Part shown: in pieces, positions 1-13,830 of the stretch
Position numbering within the stretch: position 1 is the first letter of the stretch
Layout: the number at the start of each line of letters is the position of its first letter
Assembly: GCF_009914755.1 (NCBI RefSeq)
Contig: NC_060930.1
Length of the DNA stretch: 64,000 nt
From: the human T2T-CHM13v2.0 reference genome, Homo sapiens
Strand: one strand, 5' to 3'
The notes under the pieces: generated by a model
What the model was told of the DNA's origin: nothing
Database searches by the model: none
What the model saw: only the letters and a program-made list of their open reading frames with translations
Translations under genes and position numbers: made by a program

Positions 1-1156
1 AGGCTCCAAGTTAGCCCTGCCCTCATCTTGGTTCCTTCTTCAGTGGCTACCAGATATCATAGACTTATGACTATCAAAGCAAGAGGAATATGGAGTCAGG
101 GAGATACATTGGCTGGAGCAAGGGGTGGGCCTGAAGACAAAAGTTGATGAGCAGTTTTTGAAGGTCCAGTCTCTGTTCATGAGGGAGGCTCCTGGTGAAG
201 AGATAGAAATGCCACTCATCACTGTGTACACTGGGGACTTTTCCGTTTACCTGAGATAGTCACAGAATGGAGACCTGCCTCCTAGGGGTCAACCAAAGTA
301 GGTACGAGGAAGGATCTGCAGCTGGTTTAAGCTTTAAAAATGTGCCTCTACCCAGGATTAGGCTGCAGAGGCTGATGAAAATGTCAGGTTTCTTTGATTT
401 GGCTGAACTCTGTGAGCACAATGTTGTAATACTGTTGATCTCATGCTGATCTGAAGCTGGCCAAAATATATATCCATGATGAATTATAATAAAAATAGGG
501 AGGATTATGACTTGATATATAAAGTTTGGGAAATAAAGCCATTTAAAATATTGGTCTGTGGGTGAAAATGACAAAACATAGGGCCATAAGGAGGAATAAA
601 ACCAAAGGTTGGTTGTGTGATCTACATGTGGAGCTCAGAGCATGTTTCTTCCTCCAGCCCCCTTCCCCGTTGCTCTGCCTCATGAGGGAATTAGCACTTG
701 GTATTGTCTGTACGACTGGCATTGTTCCCTGAGCCTCGAGTCTACGGGGACCACAACTAGATGGTCTAACGTGTGCCTTATTCAGCTGAATAAGGTGTTG
801 AATAGCTACAAATTGATAACAAGTTTTAAAGAGCATGAAGTGCCAACTATGCCCTGGCTAGTAAGAAAGCCAGTTATATGTCAAGGAGGCTTATTAGCTG
901 TGCATGACCATATATAAAATTACAGGGGCTGACTATAGCACCAAAATTAGGTGGTGGTAAGGAATTTAATCATGTACTGACCAATTTCTTGTTTCATAAG
1001 AACACTAAGTCCCTGTAAGTGCCAATGTCAGCAGATTCATAACCCTGCAGCGCAATTTTGGATTGTCAGAATCTGTTAACTGTAGGTATGCCATCTATGG
1101 ATTTTAAAATCAGAGGTTCAGACTAGCTGTATTACTTGGTGTAGTGTTAACCATGT

Positions 1157-1603
1157 TTGGTGGATGCCAGGATGTGCCACACAGGTCCCCTTTGGGGATT
1201 GGACTTACTTCCCCAGCAGGTGGGAGTGCCGTCAGTTTCAGCCCTCTGCTCTAAGCCCTCTCCAGAACTGCCCTTATGTGAAGACAGCAGCCTTACTAAG
1301 TTCAGACCCCCTTCCTGTGGCAGCCCTCATCCCATAACTGGTCCATGCTGGGGTATAAAGACCTGACCCACTTCCTCTATTAGGGGCAACTCTGAAGGGC
1401 AGGGCCTTCACAGCTTTGCAGCTCCTAGTAGGGTGGGCTCAGGCCCTTGTTCAGACTGCATTGCAAGGCCATACCTTCCTTACCTAGATCACACTTTCTT
1501 ACTTTCCCTGGACAGGTGTTGGTCCTAGAACACTTCCCTAATAAACTTCTGCATGCTGATTTCCATCTCAGAATCTGCCACACAGGGAACCTGACCAGCA
1601 ACA
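1157..1603 (+). mobile_element. LTR16-family (ERVL) solo LTR
   Basis: TATA ggggtataaag, and 3' end cctaataaacttctgcatgctgatttccatctcagaatctg...gggaacctgaccagcaaca typical of LTR16. Confidence 0.7.
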
Positions 1604-1679
1604 GTAGGACAATCTGGATGGCTTGAGTCAGAAGGTGATAAGTTAGAAATAAAGCACTGAAATTTAAAGGGCAAGCATG

Positions 1680-2375
1680 AGAATGACTCAAATGAAAAAG
1701 ACAGTATCAAGTGCTGGCAAGGATTCAGAATAAGTGGAACTCTCATACACTGCTGACGGGAGGGTCTATTGGTACAATCATTTGGAAAACTCTTTGACTC
1801 TGTCTGTTAAAGTTGAATATCTGTGATCATGTCCTATGAGCTAGCAGTTTCTCTCCTCAGTATATATGCCTAAGAAAAATGCACGCATGCCCACCAAAAG
1901 AAGAATACACACAAATGGGCATAGCAGCACTCTTGCCAAATGCACCAAACTGGAGAGAACCACAGTGTCATCAATAACAGAATGAATAAATACATCATAT
2001 TATAGTCACACAATGGAGTACTATGCAGCAATGAGAAGGAAAACTACAGCTCCACAAGGCAATACAGATGAATATCACAAATATAATATTGAACAAAAGC
2101 AGCCAGACACAAAAGAAGACATAACATATGATTCCATTTATACAAATGTAAACATCGGCAAAACTGATGTATGGTGTTTGAAGTCAGAGTGGTGGTTGCC
2201 TTTATGGAGATTCACTGTGACAAGAAGAAGTCTGAAGGGGATATTCTGGAAGGCTTTCGAAGCTGTTTTTGATCCAATTGCTGGTTACTGGAGTGAGTTC
2301 ACTTTAGGAACATTTGTTGATTTTTCTGGACACTCACTATTTGTGCACTTTTCTGTGATATGGTATAGTATTTAA
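1680..2375 (+). mobile_element. Old L1 (L1ME-like) ORF2 end and 3'UTR fragment
   Basis: gtgctggcaaggat...ggaactctcatacactgctg, MEYYAAMRR peptide and atatgattccatttatac 3'UTR motifs. Confidence 0.75.
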
Positions 2376-3185
2376 ACTCAGAGTTTATATAGTGAAGGAA
2401 GAAGAAGGAAGGGCAGATGTAAACACTGGATACAAAAAATGTGACATCACGGATGTAGACAAAAATTCCCAAGATTCAAACAGGACCCCTACTGTCCAGT
2501 ACTGCAGACTCCTATAGATGACAAGTCTGAGGTCCAGAAGGGCTCCAGTTGGCTCAAAGTTACATAGCCAGCTAATGGTGAAAGACTTCCTGGCCCCATC
2601 CTTTCCCCCTCTTCCCACACTTAGCAGAGCCAATGTGGTCACTAGAGTCTCCATTCATCTGAGCTCAGCATTGACCACAGAATCATCCAGGCAGCCTAAG
2701 CAAGATATGCAATGTACAGGGAAATAAAACATGAGCAAAGACCTGAAAAAGGCATAGGAATTTGATGTAACAGAAATGTTATCCATTTCTTAGAGGCCTT
2801 TCTCCACCTATTACCTACTGTCTTCCCACCCACGCTTCTATAACTACCCACAATGCTTTGTGTTGAAAGTGTGTCATTTTCTTTTTGCAAAGCCAAAGAC
2901 TACGGAGAAAAGGTTTTGAGCTGTGAGCTAAATTGCCTTTTTCTCCCTTGGCTTTTTCCTATAATCTTTGGGAGAACTCTAGACTATACTGGGCTCTAAA
3001 GGCCCCTTTTGAGAGCATTGCCTTATGTCATGGAATCATTGTGAAAAACAGCTAAGTTATAACTACTTTATATGTCTTTAAATAAGTTAGTATTTCTCTA
3101 AGAGCTTTAATTTCATTTAATAGGTGATAGAGATGACCTTGAAGATTAAAGCTGAAATATTCTTCATTCTTTAAGTATGTTAATA

Positions 3186-3357
3186 TGTGTGTGTGCACAT
3201 TTGTGTGTGTGCACATGGGTATGTGTGCTTGTGTGTGTGTGCATGGATGAGTGTGTGTGTTTGCATGTGTGCAAATGCATGAATCTGTACTAGTATATAG
3301 GCTTGCATGTCGTGTGCTTGCGTATGTTTGCATGTGTGTGTGCATATGCACAGGCAC
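3186..3357. repeat. Degenerate (TG)n/(TGCA)n simple repeat
   Basis: Visible gtgtgtgcacat/gtgtgtgtgcat runs. Confidence 0.85.
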
Positions 3358-4633
3358 ATTCTCTGTTAATATAATGCCATTTGCAGGGTGCTTGCCAGTC
3401 TCTTGAGACTCATGGTTCTCTGCTTTCGATTACACTCAGACTAGTCCAAAACCCCTCTGAACTAATTCTAATCAACTTGGAAGCCACCACACTCAGGCAT
3501 GAGGCCGTCAAATGTGAGTGTTTGCAGATGTCAGTGCAGAGATGGCAGTAATCCAGGAGGACAGATCAAGGCTTAGTCACTGAAAAATACATGCCAGTGC
3601 ATCCCAGCTCCAGAGCACCATCTCAGCCCATAAGAAAAACATGTCATGACAGTAAATCAATAACCCCTTGGAGATGATTCGTTTCTGAAATATCCCTGAT
3701 TAATTATGCCAGTCCATGCTTGGCAAGAGTACTTTGCTCCAGCATTAACCTAATGCTTTTTGCATGAAGCAGGATTATAACGGGTTCTCATAAGTCAAAT
3801 TTGACATTTTAAATCAGGCTTTAAAGGTTTGGGTTATAGATTTTATAATGTCTCCATGTCAAACATAATTGCTCTTATTGCTGCTAGTAGACGTTTGCCA
3901 ATCAATCAAAATAACATTTATTTTCATCATAAACAAGGGTAAATTAAAACCATTTGAAATCATTGTATTTGAAAACTTAGTGAAGAAGCATCTTTAGTAC
4001 CATTGAAATTTGCTTCCTCACTGTGATACATGGGAGCGTGATGAAATTATAAAAGTCGATGGAAATGTGTTACTATTTTCACCTTGAAAAATTAATGCTT
4101 CTACATATTTTGTGAATACGCGGCTTAAATTTGGTGGCTTATTCCCATATGATTATGATTTGGGGCAAAATAGCTCCCTTTCTTTACATAATAGGAAATT
4201 ATCATTTTTGTCCCTTAAAGATGAATATATCTTTCAGTTTGCTTATAAATTGCATTCAGAACTTATTTCTTATTCCTCTTAAATTGCAAGTGTTTTTTTC
4301 TCTAAGAAAAGTTAATGGAAAAAGAAGATTTGCTTAAGGGGAAGTCATACTAATAGGTTCCTTCAACAAAAGCTTAGCATACAATGGTCAACTGGTTTGT
4401 ACATTCTCCCTAAAGTACTTCCAATGCATCAGGGTCACCTTCCCTTACGGTAATTATAGCATTATGTGGTATATTACTACTCTATTTCTATACTGTATGT
4501 GTATACTATTTCTATTTGATTATACTGAGATAGATCTCAGTATAGTCATTGAGTGCCATCATGTAGGTATGCAGTGGGAACACGAAAAAGAGGGATTAAC
4601 TCCGCCCGAGACAGAGCTGACCTTATGGAATAG

Positions 4634-4980
4634 TGTATTAGTCAGAATAGGCTAACTTACCCGAAGATAGTAACTTCATTCTGAATTCTCTGTAGATTAA
4701 CCCCACAAAGTTTCTCATTCACACAAAGTATGTTGTTATCCAGTTGACCCTCCAGAGCAGCTTTCTTCCAGGTGGTAATGCAGGGATCCAGAACCCTTCC
4801 ATCTATGATCTTAACATGTGGCTCTCAGGTCACTATGGTAGAGAAGAGAGAGAGTGAACACACACCAGCTTTTAAATGCACTGGCCTAAGAGTGTCCACA
4901 TCGCTTCTGTTAATAATAGGCCCATTGGCCAGGACTAGAGCTTACTGTGGCCCCGCCTAACTGAGGAAGCATAGAAATGT
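4634..4980 (-). mobile_element. MLT1 (MaLR, MLT1K/L-like) LTR fragment
   Basis: Starts tgtattagtcagaataggcta; contains cccattggccaggactag...tggccccgcctaact. Confidence 0.6.
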
Positions 4981-5240
4981 GAGGCTGATTCTTTGATGGG
5001 AGGAAAATGACTCTGCAATATGTATATACCAAGGATAAGATCCCAAATATTAAGGGATTGCAGTCAGAAAGAAGATGAACAAAGACGTGAAAGTTTGAGG
5101 TCTTTTAATGGAACAATAACAGTTGCCAGTCCAGAGTGGTATAAGATTAATCTAGAAAAGTAGGTTGAATCACATAGTAAGGGCCTTTGAAGGCAATGCC
5201 AAGAAACTTGGACTTCACCTGAAAATAGTGGGAAGATTTT

Positions 5241-5579
<339 letters not shown>

Positions 5580-5925
5580 TTAAAGCCATACTCTGACATT
5601 GCAGGATGCTGATATCTACGAATAAGTGGATTCTACTGAGAAAATATCTGAAAAGCAGGTGAATAACATTAAAATCCTAGGTTATTGTTTTTCAAGCTTC
5701 CTTTTGTTAAATTTCAGAGTGCTGTGAATGATGTTTCATTTTTCTATAGTTGCTCCCCAAACTTGTCACTTTTCCGTGCTCTTTAAGAAAATACTTCAAT
5801 GCTTTAAATTTTACTGAGTGCAGGAACACCTACTTGAGTTTCACTTTTCCCTTGCCATTCACCTCTGCTGTGTCCCCCATTGCTCTCTCTTCTTGCATTC
5901 TTCACCTCACTCCCCAGAATGTTTC

Positions 5926-6286
5926 TTTATTAGTCCATTTTCACGCTGCTGATAAAGACATACCTGAGACTGGGTAATTTATAAAGAATGAGAGGTTTAA
6001 TGGACTCATAGTTCCACGTGACTGCGGAGGCCTCACAATCATGGTGGAAGGCGAAAGGCATGTCTTACATGGTGGCAGGCAAGAGAGCATGAGAGCCAAG
6101 CAAAAGGGGAAACCCCTTATAAAACCATCAGATCTTGTGAGACTTATTCACTACCATGAGAACAGTATGGGGGAAACTGCCCCCATGATTCAATTTTCTC
6201 CCACCAGGACCCTCCCAAACACATGGGAATTATGGGAGCTACAATTTAAGATGAGAATTGGGTGAGGACACAGCCAAACCATATCA
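5926..6286 (-). mobile_element. THE1C-like solo LTR (MaLR)
   Basis: t(t)tattagtcc...ccaaaccatatca, 361 bp; exact 5-bp TSD gtttc at 5921-5925 and 6287-6291. Confidence 0.92.
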
Positions 6287-6634
6287 GTTTCCAAAATACT
6301 ATTAAGGAGAGTGGGCCACCAAAAACACAAGAAAGGTAGCACAAATCTCAGAAAGAGAATGCCTCTCCATGACAACAGCTTGGAGTTACTCTCCCTTCTT
6401 CCCCTCTACCTCCATGAGGCTCTTGCTACCTGTGGGATTTACCCTCTGACATGGGCATAAAGACTGACCTGTTGTCCCTCAGACCCTGGAATCTTAAGAA
6501 GCTGAATGGTGGGGCGATGAGAGACGATTTCAGGTTCCTTCTCCCAGGCACAGCCATGACACAGTCAGCTCCCCTTCCCTCATAGGAGATCTACCCCTGG
6601 CCATTCTTTTATCCTTCGGTTGTCCTGGTGCTCC

Positions 6635-6870
6635 ATAGGCAGCAGAGCACTGGGAGTCAAACTGCCCAAGTCTGAGCACAAACTCACCACCTTCCAGTTG
6701 GATAAACTTGTGCAACTTTCTTAACTTCTTGTGCCTCAGTCTCTGTAAAATGGAATTGATGATGATAATAACATATACCTTGAGGCATTATCTTGAGAAT
6801 TAAATGAGTTTTATTCCATGTAAAGCGATCAGTACAGTTCCTGGCATGCAATAAATAGATCTCATAGAAT
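6635..6870 (+). mobile_element. MIR
   Basis: Core gtgcctcagtctctgtaaaatgg...gaattaaatgag...cctggcatgcaataaa. Confidence 0.75.
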
Positions 6871-7029
6871 AACTTCAATTATTTGCATGTGTTGTGTGAG
6901 CCACTTCTACTCCAAGATCCTATACATGCAACCCCAGTGAATGAGATCTTTTCCAAGGTGAGAGACTTTAAATTTTTATTCACCTAATTGAGACATGTTT
7001 CCCAGAACAGCAGTCCGTTGGAGGCAAGG

Positions 7030-7360
7030 ATGACTGGTGTATAGTAGGAATATAGTATTTATTGGATGAATGAATGAATGAATGAACAAACGAGCATGGG
7101 AAGCAGTGTGTGTCAGTAAAAGAGCATGTTTTAGAGTCAGGTAGATCTGGAATCAAATGTTGGCTACACCATTTATGAGTTCTACACTACCTTTGACAAG
7201 TGAACCCCTCTGTTCCTTCATTTCGTCATGTATAAAATGAAGAAGATAACTACTACATTAGGATTGCTGTGAGAATTAAATATGATAACAGTGGGAAATG
7301 TCTAGTATAAACTCAGCATATATTAGGAGCTCAGTAAATGGTAGCTATTATTATTGTTAT
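7030..7360 (+). mobile_element. L2 3' tail followed by MIR
   Basis: (gaat)n L2 tail at 7065-7086, then MIR 7098-7360 ending ctcagtaaatggtagctattatt. Confidence 0.7.
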
Positions 7361-10300
7361 TCCATATTTCTGCACATCCAGTTAATGATAGAGGAAGCAG
7401 CATAAACACAGAGGGATGAAATAAATATTTTCTTTGTTTACCTGTCAAATTGACATTTACAAAGTTAGACTAGCTTTCTTTTTGTTCTTTATCTTATGTT
7501 GTTGTCTGTATTGTGGAGCTTATTAAAGTAAAGGAGAAAAAGAAGAGTAGAAAGGGGGAAATTGTAGGTGACAAGGCTGCAGAGAGGTGAGGAAGAGGTG
7601 TGAGGCTGAGGAAGTGGCCTAGAAGAAAGTCATGGAAAGTCCCTTCCTTGAAAAGCCAGCAGGATAGGAACCAGGCAGGAGAGGGGAGCGACTTGACAGA
7701 TAAATCTCTCCTCTCTTCACTCCCTTCTCCACTCTTTCTCCAGCTTAATCTTTCTACTATTAATATCCAAATTTGTTTCTCCTACTTCTCTAGATCTTAA
7801 ACTCCATGGAAGATGTCTGAACCTATAGAGGAACGTCTGCTTCCTGCAGGGCAGACTCCAGCTCAAAGCCCTCTAGGGTTTGGCAGACACCTCCCTCACC
7901 CTCACCCGTGCAAACCCAGCTCTTCATCCTCTTTCATGTCTTGCAGTGGTAACAGTGCCCTTAGTGGACTGTGCTGTACCTTTACTTTTTCTTCTCCTTG
8001 GCCATGTGAATGAATGCTGTCCTTTACCCTTCTACTTATCAACCCCTAGTCACATTTAAAAACCCAGTTCTAATGTCCACCATGATATGAGATCTTTCCT
8101 TGACATAACCAAGCAGAGCAAATCACTCTGGCCTTTGTGCCATTGTTGGTCTGCAAGTCTGCATACAGCTCATCATAGTATAGTGGTTTGCCTGTCTGAG
8201 GGCATTCATTAGAGGTGCTATTCTGTGAGAACTACACATACTAATTGGGAAATCTTCGTGGAAGAAAGCAAACACTAAGTCACTTAAAAATGGATGTTAT
8301 ATTTTATGGTACAACATGGGTCATCTCTAGCATCCCAGTCACAAAAAGAATTCCTTAATTGGTGGCCCACAGGCTGCTGAGCTGAAAAGGAAAGAGAAAA
8401 TACACACCGCACTGCAGCCTCCTGGTAATGCCATGGCCCCTTAGCACCTCCTGGGTGTCCTCATTAGGATTCAGCAAGAGATAGTTACTGCCTCAAGTCA
8501 TATTTAAAATCTTTAAATGCAAAAGTAATAGCCCAGTAAAACGTGTCACTGTCCTAGTGTAATGGTTCCTATGACATATAGTTGCTCTTAATTGCAACGA
8601 TATGCATGTCTTAATTAAGTGTGCAACACTATTTTATTTGGCGTAATTATTAAAACCATATCCTAAGAGTTGTTGGGGCTAATGTTAGAAGTGAGTAAAT
8701 TCCAAATTTAGTCCTTAGCCTATAAAGAGTTTTGGAAGTGCCCAGAACATACTGGCACTCAGTAAGTATTGTTCTGTCTGAACCTGAGTTTTTCACCTTG
8801 GGTCACTGTTTCTAACCTCATTTTGAACATGAGGTTGTTCTGGTGTAAGAGCATCTCAGCCTGGTTTGACAGCCGGCAGGAACAGGTATCCAACATATGC
8901 CAAAAAGGCACAGTTAAAAAATGCCCTGGCAGTTTCTGGAGAGAGATTCTATGCCATGCTGATAGGTAGCACCAAACTAAAGCCAGCACTGGGCGCTGGG
9001 GAGAGGGAGACCCATGACAAGAGGAAGTTCTGTTTGACTTCTGGAGAAACAGAAACTATAGTGGCTGAGACTGGCAGTTCCTCATCATTCAAAACACTAC
9101 AATGTCTCTACTAGGAAGGGAGGGAGGGAGGGTAGCAGATTTTGAGCTGACCAATTAGCGAAATTAATAATGATAGTTTCAAGATAAAACATTTTGTCAG
9201 ATTTCCCGAGGTAAAAATTCAGGGGATTTTTTTGGAGCCTGCATCAGTTTTCTTTCCAAGCTACTTCGGATGTCATTTCTATCTCCCTTGAAGAGGAGAA
9301 ACATCTCATCCAGCTAACACTGTTCAGTGGCCCCAAGGGCAGATCCACGTTGATTCTCTTCATGCCCTCACTAATGCTGCGTTTTCCTGTATTCTTCGAA
9401 CATTTGACTTATTTGGGAAGCCTAGAAGCTTTGCCAAAGATTAGGATCAGCCAGAGATTGGTGATTTTTCTCAGTTTTTCTCATGTCCCCTTTCTATTGT
9501 TTTAGATCATGTTTTGCTAATGCAATGGGCTTTATTTCCAAACCTGGAAATTTCTTCTTGCTTTATTTCAAGATAAAAATGTTCTCATTTTTAATACCCT
9601 TTTGTTCTATGGGGGGGTGAGAGGAAACAGGAAAAAGTAAACAAAATATTCGAGTTACAATCTAGAGTGCACAATTTTTGTATCTTAGGATAGCTTTTCA
9701 TACTATTCTTATTTACAATATAGCTATAAACTTATTGGACCTCCTAGGAACCCTTCCGTATCCCATCTTCGTAGGCAAGTCCAGTCACATCGCTGGCCCT
9801 GCCTGCAGTCCAGGTGCTTATAAGAATACAGGTGCACAGTAACACAAAGATATGCACGTTGCAAAGATATGCATGTCTTTATTAAGTGTGCAACACACAC
9901 GCACATGCACACTGCCATCTTTTTATTTATGATCCAAAGTTGTCATTGGGTTATTAGAAAACATGAAGGCAAGAACAAGCTCCTCTAGTGATTTGATGCA
10001 CACATAACTGTGCAAACACTTCCAGAGGCCTGCCTGTATCCTACAGGTGCCAGTAGCGGACAGGGGATTGCCAGGTCTCTTATGACCCAATGAGGTTGGC
10101 CACACCTCACATACAAAAGCTGGTTTTACTTCTGAGGAAAAAACGATTCTTGCCTGGTGTTCATATGATATGGGAGTAGTACCCTCCTATTAAAAAATAT
10201 TTTGGAGAGAAGGAGAAAGACCAGAGAAATAGCAGTTGAACATAGTCTTCAAATATTGCCTATTAATTTTTGTGTTGTACACTCTGATTATAACTCTCAA

Positions 10301-10816
10301 TTCTAGAGATCTAAAATAGTCTTGAGAGCTCCCCTAATTCATCCGTCTGACTTGCCTGGATTTATACCATCATGCAGCATAATTTTTGTCCTTCTATTAA
10401 TCCACAGCGAAGATTATTCCAAAACTTCTCTGTAGTTTATAGGTCATTCATTGCCATCACAAATAGTCCAAAATTTTCCCCAGGAGCCAGTCCAGACCCT
10501 TCTTGTGTAGTGTGAACATTTTTCCTTTAATACCATTACATTCGTCTGTCAGAATCTAAACCTCCAACTCATCCATCTTTCCAGTTTCCTGGTGAAAGAA
10601 CATCCATTCATAAATCAAATAATCTAGTAGTTAGAAGGTACAACTACAACTTATGAATAATCTATTCCAGTATACCCCAGTATGTAGGCTGTATAGCTCT
10701 TGTGTTTTGCAAGATAATTTATGTAGCACGGGGACGTGACATTAAATAATATTAAATTGCATAGTGAAAAGTTTATTCCCTCTGAATTATCTTTCAGTCC
10801 TTCTCATTCTGTTTAG

Positions 10817-11197
<381 letters not shown>

Positions 11198-11224
11198 TAA
11201 TGTCCTTATTTAACACAGATAGGG

Positions 11225-11653
11225 GAGGCCTCAAAATAATCTAATAAGATTAATTCATTTTTATTGTATTTTGTTTTTGTGATTATCTTCTATTTATGAC
11301 AAATGATATTCCATTTATGAGAGTTTACATACAGTTTTCCTTTAAGTACATTTATTTAAGAAAAATGTGAGTGAATTGGGTGAGAACTTTAAAAAAAAAA
11401 TCAAGTAGCATGAACGGGGCCACAGTATGGCTTTTGTAGATTTTAAGCACTTTGTGTTAGTGAGTCCCTTCTTACATTAGTGTGTACGTGTGTATACGTA
11501 TATGATGTTTTATGACAGCATTGGTATACAGATGAATATAATCTTCAACTCTGAAAGTTCATTTTTTTCTTCTGATTCTAAAAGAAACTAAGACATTTTC
11601 ATGGGCCCTGGCACTGTGGCTACTGTCCCTAAAGCATAGGTGGGTCAGCCCTG
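11225..11653 (-). mobile_element. Probable hAT-type DNA transposon relic
   Basis: Terminal ...gggccctggcactgtggctactgtcc...gtcagccctg resembles hAT-Tip100 ends; left boundary uncertain. Confidence 0.35.
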
Positions 11654-12607
11654 GCATGTGTTATAGCAAAACTCATTAGCTCTTCAGGAGAAGCACTAAT
11701 TTAATCCAACTGCCTCATTTTACAAAGAATAATACTAAGCTTCACACATGTGTGAGAACCTGCGGGTCTGAGAGTGAGGAAGGACAAAATCAGAACTAGA
11801 TCTCAGATGCCAGCCTCCTAATCTTTCCACTTCATTACACTGCTGTCTTCCTTTGAGCCTCTTCTGCAAAAGCCCTTTTTCTTGTCCCATCTGCTTCCGA
11901 GTCTTCACATCAGAATTAATCATGGGTCCTTCCGTGAATCCAGCCCCACCTCAGGTGTGAGGACTGCTCTGTGTGGAGGTGACACCCCCTTGTGGATCTC
12001 TTCTGCAAATAGACCTTTGTCACGGGAGGCTGGTCAGTTCACAGCCTCCATGGCAGTGGAGTCAGTTCACTCCGCTCCATCACGGGGGACCCACCAAGAC
12101 CCCATTAAGAAAAGCACAAATGATGCAATAAATCAGGATAGATTTAGGCTTCGTTTTTTGGACACAATCTTCCAAATGATAGCTCCTCATTAAAACTAGC
12201 TAAAATGGATGATAGAGCTTGGGATAGGTTCACCACTTATATCCTAGACCAGTACTTTCTAGGATGGACTTTATATGGAAGACCAAAGGTTTACTCCTTG
12301 GGCTGTCAACCTTCATTTTACTTAGCTCTTCAAACAAGTCAAGCCTTGTTTTTAGCTCAGCTCCTGGGGAATTGTTCTGTTGACAATGTACTGCAGAAAA
12401 CAGTCCAAACAATTCTTAAGAGCTAAGAGCCACCTTTGGTGACTAGACTTTGTAACCATCTCATTTATCCAAGGTGGATCTACATCTACCTGAAAATACT
12501 GTAAGTTGTAAATGGTATTTGTGTTTGGGGAAACAGCAACAGATCATTCTTCAGCTCGCTTCCAGCCATCTGTAACTGTCATCATACCACTAGAAAGCTC
12601 TGACTTT

Positions 12608-13280
12608 CAAAAAGTAACAGATGCTGGTGAGGTTGCGAAGAAAAGGGAACACTTATACACTGTTGGTGGGAGTGTAATTCAACCCATTGTTGAAGGCAAT
12701 ATGACGATTCCTCAAAGAGCTAAAAGTAGAACTACCATTAGACCCAGCAATCCCATCACTGGGTACGTGCCCAGAAGAATAGAAATCATTCTACCATAAA
12801 GATATATGTGCACAAATGTTCATTGCAGCACCACTCACAATAGCGAAAACATGGAATCAACCTAAATGCCTATCAGTGACAGATTGGATAAGGAAAATGT
12901 GGTACCTGTACACCACAGAATACTATGCAGCCGTAAAAAAGAGTGAGATCACGTCTTTTGCAGGAGCATGGATGGAGATGGAGGCTGTAATCCTTAGCAA
13001 ACTAATGCAGGAACAGAAAACCAAACACCGCATGTTCTCACTTATAAGTGGGAGCTAAATGATAAGAACTTATGAACACAAAGAAGGAAATAACAGACAC
13101 TGGGGTCTACTTGAGGGGGAGGTTGGGAGGAGGGAGAGTAGCAGAAAAGATAACTATTGGGTACTGGGCTTAATACCTGGGTGATGAGATAATACGTACA
13201 ATGAAACCCCATGACGTGTGTTTACCTATGTAACAAACCTTCACGTGTATCCCCAAATCTAAAATAAAAGTTAAAAAAAA
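12608..13280 (+). mobile_element. 5'-truncated L1 (L1PA13-16 age), ORF2 end and 3'UTR
   Basis: MFIAAPLTIAKTWNQPKC...MFSLISGS peptide; TSD aaag(c/t)tctgacttt at 12594-12607 and 13278-13291. Confidence 0.9.
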
Positions 13281-13529
13281 GTTCTGACTTTATGCTAGCT
13301 AATGTTATTGTTTATTATTATTGATTGGATAATATATCACAGGAAAGACATATTTAGCAAAAATCATTTTTTACAGTGAAGACCTTTTTATTTGTTTTGA
13401 GGCCCAACCAAAAAATAATTCCAATCTGTTGGGAGATAATGTAAGTGATCTGCAATTATGCACTTCTACAGGTTTATTGATTCAAACATTATTCAACTGT
13501 GATATCTTTTAAAAATATAATACTAATGC

Positions 13530-13830
13530 AGAAAAAAGAGCATGAGATTTGGAGGCATACAGAACTAGTTTTGTATCCTACCTCCAGACCTACTAGCTCT
13601 GTGATCTTAGGCAAGATAATTAACCTTTCTGAGCCTTTTTTGCCCCATCTGCAGAATGGAGTTAATAATATCCATATAAGATGTTGTTTTGAAGATTAAA
13701 TTATCTGGAAAAATATTGACTGAGTACCTCTCTTGTGCCAGGTTCTTTTCTAAGTGCTGCAGATACCACAGTGAGCAAAACACTAAGAGTGCTGTTCTTA
13801 TGCAGTGATGATTTTAACTGGAGTTAAATA
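13530..13830. mobile_element. MIR (+) and adjacent L2 (-) fragments
   Basis: ctagctctgtgatcttaggcaagataattaacctttctgagcc (MIR); gagtacctctcttgtgccagg...gataccacagtgagcaaaa (L2). Confidence 0.6.

Noticed and set aside
8744-8775. Androgen-response-element-like half-sites (agaacatactggcac; agtaagtattgttct)
   Set aside because: Each has only one good half-site, with mismatches at critical positions in the other; not supportable without AR ChIP data.
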